DNA of 25,981 nucleotides. Source: Promethearchaeota archaeon (lineage in GTDB: Archaea; Asgardarchaeota; Lokiarchaeia; Sigyniarchaeales; SOKP01). The stretch's first letter is position 1. Every line of letters starts with the position of its first letter. A model generated the notes under the pieces. That model saw only the letters and a program-made list of their open reading frames with translations. It did no database searches and was not told the DNA's origin. Location: contig JBHLNZ010000045.1 in NCBI GenBank assembly GCA_048941015.1, forward strand, positions 1 to 25,981, written 5' to 3'. Positions 8,482 through 16,201 of this stretch are shown here, piece after piece. Both the position numbers and the translations under genes were made by a program.

Positions 8482-8949
8482 TTAAAATGATACTTTACGC
8501 TCTTGAGATATGGTTTTAATTGGTTTTAATACGACGCATACTCTTTCTACACTTTTAACATCGCTTCGACCGCGGAAATTCTCAACCAAAGCATCTAACT
8601 CAGTAATCTCGGGAACGTTTACTTTAACAAGAACTCCACATTGTCCAGCCAAAAAATATACCTCTTCACATTGGGGTAAAATCTGGGTCTCTCGAAGTAG
8701 TTCTTTCATTTCAGATTCATTCTTGGGAATAAGCGTTATAAAAGCATATATACATCTTTCCTCTTCACGACACACTTTTATAGTAAATTTTTCAATTACT
8801 CCCTCTTCTTGTAATTTTAAAACACGTTTTCTAACTGTTGATTCAGATAAACTTACTTCTGGATCTTCTGCAATATCTTTATAAGCTCTCCGTGAATCTT
8901 CAATTAACATTTCTAATATTCTTTTGTCTTTATCATCTAAATTTTTCAT
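8482..8949 (-). CDS. Lrp/AsnC family transcriptional regulator
   Basis: LDDKDKRILEML..DSRRAYKDIA..LSESTVRKRVLKLQEEGVI HTH plus C-terminal RAM-like domain. ATG at 8949 has a GAAAGGAA upstream; the track uses TTG at 8970. Confidence 0.92.
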   Translation of the reverse strand: MKNLDDKDKRILEMLIEDSRRAYKDIAEDPEVSLSESTVRKRVLKLQEEGVIEKFTIKVCREEERCIYAFITLIPKNESEMKELLRETQILPQCEEVYFLAGQCGVLVKVNVPEITELDALVENFRGRSDVKSVERVCVVLKPIKTISQERKVSF

Positions 8950-8985
8950 AGTCAATTTCTTTCCTTTCAATCTAGGTTTTGTATT

Positions 8986-9014
8986 AAAAAAAATTTTAAA
9001 TTAAAATTAAAAAA
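8986..9014 (-). terminator. Putative oligo-T terminator after metF
   Basis: A6 (9009-9014) and A8 (8986-8993) on the plus strand are T-tracts on the transcribed strand downstream of the metF stop. Confidence 0.4.
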
Positions 9015-9048
9015 TTATTTATTTTTGTTTGTTTCTTTTTTTAGAAAT

Positions 9049-10002
9049 TTACATGACATATTTGGGATAATCCTTTAATAGTGGATCAAAGAGTCTTTCA
9101 TATTCTACCGCCATACAATGAATACCAGCTGCTTTCGTAGTTTTCTTAATTTCTTTGATAAATGGTTCGAAGAATTCAATATTTATTTTATCTAGAGCGG
9201 CATATTTTGCCTGTTTATTTCCTTTGTTATCTTTTTCTGCTTTCTTTAATGATTTTAACAAATCTTTAGGCACTGAAACTCCAGGAATGTACGCATCGAA
9301 ATACCATGCGATTCCATAAGATTTCAGCGGAAATACTCCAAGTAAGACAGGTACATTAAATTGTTCTAACTCCTTAAGAAATTCTTTTGCTTGATCAATA
9401 TCAAAAGCAGTTTGAGTCTGTATAAAATCTACTCCTCTTTCTACTTTACGGCCGACCTTGAGAATTTCAGGTTCTCTTGGATTACTATTTGGATTAGCAA
9501 CACATCCAAAATTCATTTCTATTTTTCCACCTTCAAGTTCATTTCCTTCATAATCAGTTCCCTCATCAATCATAATTGAGAGCATTTCACAGAATTGTGT
9601 ACTATCAATATCATATACCGGTCGCCCTTTTTTGTGATCACCTAAAGCTGTGTGATCTCCTGTGAGTGTTAAGATATTCTTTAATCCCAGTACCGCACCA
9701 GCCACTACGTCTCCAAATAATGCCACCCGATTACGATCTCTAACTGTCACTTGCCAAACAGCTTCTATACCAACTTTTTCTTGAATAAGATAGCTTGGTA
9801 CCAGTGAAGACATATAAGCATCTCCCTGAGGTCCATCTGTTACATTTGCTGCAACAATTTTTCCTGTTTTTTTCATCTCTTCAGCAGAATGAAAGATTTC
9901 ACTGAGATCAAGAATCTTTTTAGGTTCAAGTTCACCAGTAAATACAAAATGACCCTCTTCAATTGCTTCACATAATTTACTATATGCAGGTCTTTTCGCC
10001 AT
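9049..10002 (-). CDS. metF: 5,10-methylenetetrahydrofolate reductase, acetogen-type MetF
   Basis: FTGELEP (catalytic Glu), NVTDGP, RDRNRVAL, LTGDH (catalytic Asp), FIQTQ, PGVSVP, GIHCMA. ATG at 10002 lies 1 nt after the metV stop and follows GGAGG (10015-10019); the track start 10029 overlaps metV. Confidence 0.93.
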   Translation of the reverse strand: MAKRPAYSKLCEAIEEGHFVFTGELEPKKILDLSEIFHSAEEMKKTGKIVAANVTDGPQGDAYMSSLVPSYLIQEKVGIEAVWQVTVRDRNRVALFGDVVAGAVLGLKNILTLTGDHTALGDHKKGRPVYDIDSTQFCEMLSIMIDEGTDYEGNELEGGKIEMNFGCVANPNSNPREPEILKVGRKVERGVDFIQTQTAFDIDQAKEFLKELEQFNVPVLLGVFPLKSYGIAWYFDAYIPGVSVPKDLLKSLKKAEKDNKGNKQAKYAALDKINIEFFEPFIKEIKKTTKAAGIHCMAVEYERLFDPLLKDYPKYVM

Positions 10003-10003
10003 C

Positions 10004-10702
10004 TTATTGTTTCGCCTCCACTTTTTCATCTTCTTCGTTAGTATATTCTTTATATATTGTTATATAGCTTGGACTTGTCGAAGTGCGATAATCTCGGGGT
10101 CCTCGATATTTTTTAAACAAATCGAGTCGGTTAAATTCTTTTAAGCGTTGCCACATCCGTACCCATGCACAAGGAATAGTATATCCACCAACCTCACACA
10201 TACCATCCACCATACCTCCACATGGGCCATTACTCAAATGCTTAGCGCACCCAGCACGCGGACAGACGCCACCAGTTTCTCCAATTATACAATCACCACA
10301 TTCTTCACAATATTCTATAAAGCTATTCTCTCCATTGTTTTGAGCACCACCAAAATGACTATTTTGCGCAGGAAATGTAAGTATATTAGGTAATACTTTA
10401 TTTAACATAACTACGCCGAGACCACAAGCTAATGAAACAATAGCATCAAAATTCTCTATATGAGGTCCTACGGTGGTTGCTGCTATTCTATCATCACATT
10501 GTCTGAGAACTGTTATTGCTTTCCATTTTAATTCTTTTCCTTCAGTTCTAGCTTTTAACTCTAGAAGTTGTCCAAGTACTTTTGCTTCGTTTAATGAGCG
10601 AGGTGGTTGACAGCAACCATCACAACCAGCGATCAAGATTTTATTATAATCTTTAACCATGTCGTAAATTTCGTTTATATCTTTTAGTTGTGTAATTATC
10701 AT
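10004..10702 (-). CDS. metV: Methylenetetrahydrofolate reductase small Zn/Fe-S subunit MetV (MTHFR_C domain)
   Basis: GCDGC, RQCD, LACGLG, CEECGDC..GGVCP..CAKHLSNGPCGG..GMCEV..CAW; lies directly upstream of metF; AAGGAG RBS. Confidence 0.92.
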   Translation of the reverse strand: MIITQLKDINEIYDMVKDYNKILIAGCDGCCQPPRSLNEAKVLGQLLELKARTEGKELKWKAITVLRQCDDRIAATTVGPHIENFDAIVSLACGLGVVMLNKVLPNILTFPAQNSHFGGAQNNGENSFIEYCEECGDCIIGETGGVCPRAGCAKHLSNGPCGGMVDGMCEVGGYTIPCAWVRMWQRLKEFNRLDLFKKYRGPRDYRTSTSPSYITIYKEYTNEEDEKVEAKQ

Positions 10703-10793
10703 ATTACATAACTCCTTTCTTTCAAACTTTTTTGGTTTTTTATTTTAAATTTTTAATTATATCTTATATTGTGTTTAAATAAAATTACACTAA

Positions 10794-11675
10794 TTAGGTT
10801 GTTAATTTCTCAATTAACTTATTTGGTTTAATACTTCTATTAGTTAAACTAAGTTCTTCTAGTTCCACTCCCAAACCTATAGCCATCATCTCAGCTAAAT
10901 AAAGAACCGGAATATCTAATTCTTTACCTGTTCTCCGTGCGATGATTCTTTCTTTCCTATCATACTGAGTAGTACACGCGGGACAGACGGCTATTAAAGC
11001 ATCAACTTCTTCTTCAAGCTCACATAGCTCAGTCATTTTATCTTCTACTAGTTTTTCTCCAATCTCTTCCTGCAGTCTCGCACAGTATCCACAACATTCC
11101 AACTTATTAGCAAAATCTATTGTTTTAGCACCAAGAGCTTGAAGAATTATATCTATTTTCTCTGGTTTTTCTGGGTGATCAAATTGCATTATTTTACTTG
11201 GCCTTACTAAATGACAGCCATAGTGGACTGCGAGATTTAAATTATCTAATGGTTTTATTAATAGGTTTTTGATTTTCTCTAACCATTCTGGTTGACTAAA
11301 TAATTCAACAAAGTGATATACTTTCGTCTTACCAGTGTATTTATAGTTAATTTTTGCTAATATTCCATTGATTTTCTTAAGATATTCCTTGTCTTCTTCT
11401 AATAATACACTTACTGTCTTTAAAGTTTCATAACATCCAGAACAAATGGTTAAAATGTTTAATCCCATTTTTTCAGCAATAGCTAGATTTCTTGCACCTA
11501 ATGCAACCCAAGTATCAATATTTAATGATTGCATTGATACAGGTTCAGGACAGCAACTAACGCCTTCCATTTCTTTCAATTTAACATCTAAAATTTTGGC
11601 AACATCCCTAAAAGCTTTCTCTAAATGAGGTAATTTAAGGGGTATTGTACATCCTAAGAATAGAGCGTATTCCAT
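10794..11675 (-). CDS. hdrB: Heterodisulfide reductase subunit B
   Basis: Two complete CCG domains: FLGC...SCCP...CSGC and HYGCH...ECCG...CPAC. TAATG overlap with the hdrC stop. Confidence 0.95.
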   Translation of the reverse strand: MEYALFLGCTIPLKLPHLEKAFRDVAKILDVKLKEMEGVSCCPEPVSMQSLNIDTWVALGARNLAIAEKMGLNILTICSGCYETLKTVSVLLEEDKEYLKKINGILAKINYKYTGKTKVYHFVELFSQPEWLEKIKNLLIKPLDNLNLAVHYGCHLVRPSKIMQFDHPEKPEKIDIILQALGAKTIDFANKLECCGYCARLQEEIGEKLVEDKMTELCELEEEVDALIAVCPACTTQYDRKERIIARRTGKELDIPVLYLAEMMAIGLGVELEELSLTNRSIKPNKLIEKLTT

Positions 11676-12208
11676 TATTTATCTTCCACCTCTTCTTTTG
11701 CGAGACTACCAAGTCCCGTTTCTTCTATTATAAATCTAATTTCTTCTAAATTTGGTGGAATCAACTCTGGCAATCCCATCCTATTTCTACGTCTATCAAC
11801 ATTATCTTTAAGACCGCCTGTATATGGTACAACATATCCATTATTATAAATTGTTACCACTGTGCTTGAATATTCTTTAGGTATCTTTCCTTCTTTAACT
11901 GCCATGTTTCTTAACAGCGCTAAGATAAATGAGTAATCAACATTCTTAGGGCAGCGTTCAGTACATCTATGACATAATGAACAAGTCCAGATAGCGTTAC
12001 TGGAAAGTACTTCTTCTTTTAAGCCCAAAAGGCAAGCAGCAACAACTCGATGAGGTTGTAAATCTACATATTCAGTAACAGTACAGCCGCTACTACATAC
12101 ACCACATTGAATACATTTAAGAAGGGACTTAGCTCCAACTTTTTCACTAATTTCATATCTAAATGAGTGATCTAATTGTTTAGCATCTTTTTTTAACATT
12201 TCGGTCAT
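11675..12208 (-). CDS. hdrC: Heterodisulfide reductase subunit C
   Basis: CIQCGVCSSGC and IWTCSLCHRCTERCP, C-terminal RRNRMGLP; located between hdrA and hdrB; GGAGG RBS. Confidence 0.95.
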   Translation of the reverse strand: MTEMLKKDAKQLDHSFRYEISEKVGAKSLLKCIQCGVCSSGCTVTEYVDLQPHRVVAACLLGLKEEVLSSNAIWTCSLCHRCTERCPKNVDYSFILALLRNMAVKEGKIPKEYSSTVVTIYNNGYVVPYTGGLKDNVDRRRNRMGLPELIPPNLEEIRFIIEETGLGSLAKEEVEDK

Positions 12209-12211
12209 TTT

Positions 12212-15200
12212 TTATACTGCCTCCTTGACTTTTTCTTTCTTTTGTTTAATTTTATCTCCCGTTTTGGATAAAGGTCCAAGTTCTTTTATTTTATTTACAA
12301 AATCGGTTACAACTTGAGAGAAACGCTTACCTTCACTCGCGGAAACCCATTCGAGTCTATAGCGATCTGGGTTGATACCAACTTTTTCAAGAATTTCATG
12401 AAGCGCATTATACCGTCTTAACATGTCATAATTTCCTTCTAAATAATGACAATCTCCAATATGACAGCCTCCAACCAAAACCCCATCAGCTCCTTCTAAA
12501 AAAGCTTGTAGTATGAAGCGTTTTGGAATTCTACCCGTACACATCACTCTTATAGGCCTAATATTGGTAGGATATTGAAATCTGCTAACACCACATGTAT
12601 CTGCACCAGCATAACTGCACCAATTACACAAGAAAGCTACAATACGAGGTCTTTCATCTATAAATTCTCCTCTGACAGCTTCTTGAATCATAGGATTAAT
12701 TTGCTCATCTGCAAAATGACTCATCGTTATGGCTCCTGCCGGGCATGCTGCAGCACAATCACCACATCCTTTACAAAGTAGCGGATTTGATTCGGAAACT
12801 AATATTTCATTATCAAAATTCACTCCAATAGCTCCAAAATTGCAAACTTCTTCACATTTTTGACATGCAATACATAATGCTGGATTTACAACTGAAACTA
12901 AAGGTTCATTTTCTACTTCTCCAGAAATTAGTGGTATTAATGCATGAGCAGCGGCACCTCTTCCTTGAGAGATTGAATCCGCAATACCTTTAGGTCCATG
13001 ACATGTCCCTGCTAAATAAATTCCATCGGTTGCAAAATCAACTGGTCTTAATTTTACATGTGCTTCTAAAAAGAAACCACTTTGATCTCTTGCACATTTT
13101 ATCTGTTCACCTAGTTTTTGAGTATCGTGAGGAACTAAAGGTGTGGAAAGTACAACCTTATCAGCTTCAATATCTAAATCTGTTTGAGTCAAAATATCTT
13201 TAACATTTACCTTCAATTTACCATTAATAATATCAACAGTAGGATAATCATTAAATCTAATATAATTGATATTCTCCCGAGCTTTCCAATAGTAAGGTTC
13301 TTCATCAGTTCCTACTCGTATGTCTCTGTAAAGTACATAGATATTAGATTTTGGATAATTTTCTTTAACATACAGAGCATGTCTGATAGATTCCGAACAA
13401 CAAATAAGTGAACAATAAGTAAATCCATTGCCGCCTTCTGGTTGCCTTGAACCAACACAATGAATAAAGACAAGAGTTTCTCCATCAGCTAATTCCTTAT
13501 TTCTTAATTTTTCTGACAATTCAAGCTGAGTTATAACATTTTCATTTTCACCATAATGGTACCACCCTTTAGGTTTGTATTCATAAGCTCCTGTGGCTGT
13601 AATAATTACACCAACATTTAACTCAAGTTCTTTCCCGTCAACATTGTTTTTTACCTTAACTTTAAAATTTCCAATAGACCCTTTTACATCAGCTACTATA
13701 GAATTCAAATAAGTTGAAATATTCTTTTGAGAGTTAAAATTCTTTAACTTTTCATTAAGAAATTCTTCCGAATCAATCCTATCAAAATTTATTTTATAAA
13801 TTTGATTTAATTGACCTCCTAATTTGTCTTCTTTTTCTACAAGATGGACTTTAAAGCCTTTATTCGCAATTTCCATTGCTGCACTTAATCCTGAGATTCC
13901 ACCGCCAACAATCAGTGCTTCTGGAACCACATTCCCTTTGATTTTGAATTCTGATTTCTGAGCTCTTACACGAGCTACGCCCATTCTGATTAAATCTTTT
14001 GCTTTATCAGTAGCTTTAGGATTATCGTTCATGTGTACCCAAGAGTCTAATTCTCGAATACTAACGAAATTAAAAAGATATTCATTTAGTCCTGCTTCTC
14101 TGATTGTTTTTTGAAACAATGGTTCATGAGTTCTTGGTGTACAGGCAGCTACAACTACTCTATTCAGATCTAATTCTTCAATTTTCTCTTTAATTATATC
14201 TTGGGTCAGTTGTGAGCAACTATATTTATTTTCCATAGCATAAACAACGTTGGGAAGCGTTTTTGCATATTCTACTAAATTAGGAACATCCATATATCCT
14301 GCGATGTTAATACCACAACGGCAAACAAATACACCTATTCTGGGTTCATCACTGACTTTAACCTCTTTTAAAGGTGGAAGCTCAACTTTTTGTTCCTCTT
14401 CACTTAATGGGATTGCATAACTCGCAGCAAGTGCGGCTGCACCACCCGCTTTTGCAACAGAATTGGCTATGTCATCTGGCGATTGGCAGGAACCAGTCAC
14501 AAATATTCCAGGTTTAGTAGATTTTAAATCCTCAGTTGAATTTGCTGTTTTAAAAAATCCAAATTCATTTTGTTCAATCCCCAATATTTTTGCCAGTTCA
14601 TTCGCATCTTTTCTTGGGGTTACTGCATTTGCAAGTACTACTAGATCATATTCATCTACATCTACTTCTCCTGTATCCAAATTAGCTGATTTAACGATTA
14701 AGTTATGATTATCGGGATGTTCTCTAACATCTCCTGGAATTCCATGATGATATTTTAACTTATATTCGTTCTTTGCTCGAACAGTAAATTCATCTTGATT
14801 CTTACCTATAACTCTTAAATCGTTGAAATAGATTGTCACATTTGTATCAGGAGCATGTTCTCGGGTTACAACTGCTTCTTTGGTTTGATACATACAGCAA
14901 AATTTAGAACAATAAGAACAAAGATCCTCATTTCTAGACCCAACACAACTAACAAATGCAATATTATGCGCATGTACTTTGTCTGAGGGGCGTTGTATTT
15001 CCCCTCCTGTAGGTCCAGAAGCACTTAGTAATCTTTCATACTGCATTGCTGTAATTACATTTGGATATTCGCCGTAATGATATCGATCCAAAACAGAAGG
15101 ATCAAGTTGATCATATCCAGTTGCTACAATAATAGAAGCTACATTGTATTCTACTATTTCATCTTTATCTTCCCAATTTATTGCTCCAGCTTCACATTCT

Positions 15201-15709
15201 TTTTCGCAAAGTTGGCATGCACCTTTCGTTAAATAAAGACATTTGTCTGGATCAATAACAGCTTTCCTAGGAACTGCCTGTGGAAATGGGATATAAATCG
15301 CAGTTCTGTTTCCCATTGCTTCTTCAAATTCCGATGGTATTTTTTTCATAGGACACTTTTCACTACAAGCACCACACCCAGTACACGCATCCCAATTTAC
15401 ATATTTTGCCTTCTTTTTCACTTTCACTTTAAAATCTCCAGCTTTACCAGTTACATTCTGAACTTCGGAATAAGCTAAAAGATCAATGTTAGGATGTCTG
15501 CTAGATTCAACCATTTTAGGGGCAAGAATGCATATACTACAATCTAATGTAGGGAATGTTTTATCTAACTGCGCCATTCGACCTCCTACTGAGGAAGTTT
15601 TTTCTACAAGAATTACTCTGTATCCTTGCTCTGCTAAGGTCAAAGAGGCTTCTATCCCCGAAATTCCGCCACCAATTACCATTATATTACTATTTGCCAT
15701 TTTTGCCAT
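12212..15709 (-). CDS. hdrA: Tandem heterodisulfide reductase subunit A (two FAD modules) fused to a C-terminal MvhD [2Fe-2S] domain
   Basis: Two GGGISG FAD motifs; KTFPTLDCSIC; inserted ferredoxin CTGCGACSEKCP / CQLCEKEC; two CVGSR..CSxxCC cluster motifs; internal HdrA N-terminal domain GVFVCRCG..AACTPRTHE; C-terminal ferredoxin; MvhD motifs FLCNWCSY, MCTGR, GCHIGDCHY, WVSASEG. Confidence 0.95.
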   Translation of the reverse strand: MAKMANSNIMVIGGGISGIEASLTLAEQGYRVILVEKTSSVGGRMAQLDKTFPTLDCSICILAPKMVESSRHPNIDLLAYSEVQNVTGKAGDFKVKVKKKAKYVNWDACTGCGACSEKCPMKKIPSEFEEAMGNRTAIYIPFPQAVPRKAVIDPDKCLYLTKGACQLCEKECEAGAINWEDKDEIVEYNVASIIVATGYDQLDPSVLDRYHYGEYPNVITAMQYERLLSASGPTGGEIQRPSDKVHAHNIAFVSCVGSRNEDLCSYCSKFCCMYQTKEAVVTREHAPDTNVTIYFNDLRVIGKNQDEFTVRAKNEYKLKYHHGIPGDVREHPDNHNLIVKSANLDTGEVDVDEYDLVVLANAVTPRKDANELAKILGIEQNEFGFFKTANSTEDLKSTKPGIFVTGSCQSPDDIANSVAKAGGAAALAASYAIPLSEEEQKVELPPLKEVKVSDEPRIGVFVCRCGINIAGYMDVPNLVEYAKTLPNVVYAMENKYSCSQLTQDIIKEKIEELDLNRVVVAACTPRTHEPLFQKTIREAGLNEYLFNFVSIRELDSWVHMNDNPKATDKAKDLIRMGVARVRAQKSEFKIKGNVVPEALIVGGGISGLSAAMEIANKGFKVHLVEKEDKLGGQLNQIYKINFDRIDSEEFLNEKLKNFNSQKNISTYLNSIVADVKGSIGNFKVKVKNNVDGKELELNVGVIITATGAYEYKPKGWYHYGENENVITQLELSEKLRNKELADGETLVFIHCVGSRQPEGGNGFTYCSLICCSESIRHALYVKENYPKSNIYVLYRDIRVGTDEEPYYWKARENINYIRFNDYPTVDIINGKLKVNVKDILTQTDLDIEADKVVLSTPLVPHDTQKLGEQIKCARDQSGFFLEAHVKLRPVDFATDGIYLAGTCHGPKGIADSISQGRGAAAHALIPLISGEVENEPLVSVVNPALCIACQKCEEVCNFGAIGVNFDNEILVSESNPLLCKGCGDCAAACPAGAITMSHFADEQINPMIQEAVRGEFIDERPRIVAFLCNWCSYAGADTCGVSRFQYPTNIRPIRVMCTGRIPKRFILQAFLEGADGVLVGGCHIGDCHYLEGNYDMLRRYNALHEILEKVGINPDRYRLEWVSASEGKRFSQVVTDFVNKIKELGPLSKTGDKIKQKKEKVKEAV

Positions 15710-15845
15710 TTTAATCCGTTTTTCTCTTTTTTAATTGAAATTTTTATTAAATTTCGTTGTTTTTTTAAAATATTTAGTCCTTTTTGAAAATAATTGTTTA
15801 TTCGAAAAACATTTAAATATATATTGTAGTAATTGAGTTCTTATT

Positions 15846-15861
15846 GTATATAAATATTTTC
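15846..15861 (-). promoter_or_regulatory. Candidate BRE-TATA promoter for the hdr-met cluster
   Basis: The minus strand reads GAAAATA-TTTATATA-C about 140 nt upstream of the hdrA start. The AT-rich background makes this uncertain. Confidence 0.4.
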
Positions 15862-16163
15862 ATGAATGACTGATTTGAGAATTATGCTATCGTAAAATTA
15901 CACAAAAAAATCAAAATTGATCGAAAATCTTAATATTTTTTTTATTTTACAACAATTTTTTTTATAGAAAAAGTTATTAAATAATAAAGTATAGTATTCA
16001 AGTTCTTTACTCATATTTTAATAATGACATTTTCGTGAATTTTTATTTGCTATATTAAAAATCTTTTCCTTTTTCTAGTTTAAATCTGATTCATATTATC
16101 CATATATTAAACAGAATAATAAACAGACAAAGTTAATAAATCAATAATAAATACTCAAAAACA

Positions 16164-16193
16164 AGATTTATCCGACAAAAAATCGGATTATCT
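16164..16193. promoter_or_regulatory. Inverted repeat immediately upstream of the GTPase gene
   Basis: ATCCGA-CAAAAAA-TCGGAT (16170-16188), extendable imperfectly by AGAT/ATCT; the element ends 8 nt before ATG 16202. Confidence 0.55.
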
Positions 16194-16201
16194 CTGCAAA
16201 A

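Noticed and set aside
10003-10029. Longer metF start (MKKWRRNNK) overlapping metV
   Set aside because: ATG 10002 follows the metV stop by 1 nt and has a GGAGG upstream; the extension is just the end of metV read in another frame.
14030-14060. Asp in place of Cys in HdrA RELDSWVH
   Set aside because: Asp variants of this motif occur in other HdrA proteins as far as I recall; not distinctive without an alignment.
12212-15709. Selenocysteine in HdrA or MvhD, which are selenoproteins in some methanogens and Lokiarchaeota
   Set aside because: The frame is open with no in-frame TGA; DCSIC, CNWC and GCHIGDC all translate as Cys, so this is a Cys version.
9049-15709. Methanogenesis inferred from the hdr genes
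   Set aside because: No mcr or mtr genes in the window; Hdr systems are widespread in non-methanogens and are linked here to metVF.
8510-15734. Plus-strand track ORFs at 8510, 9391, 10148, 11446, 12575, 13003, 13184, 14463 and 15486
   Set aside because: All are antisense to well-supported lrp, met and hdr genes, with the composition expected of shadow frames.
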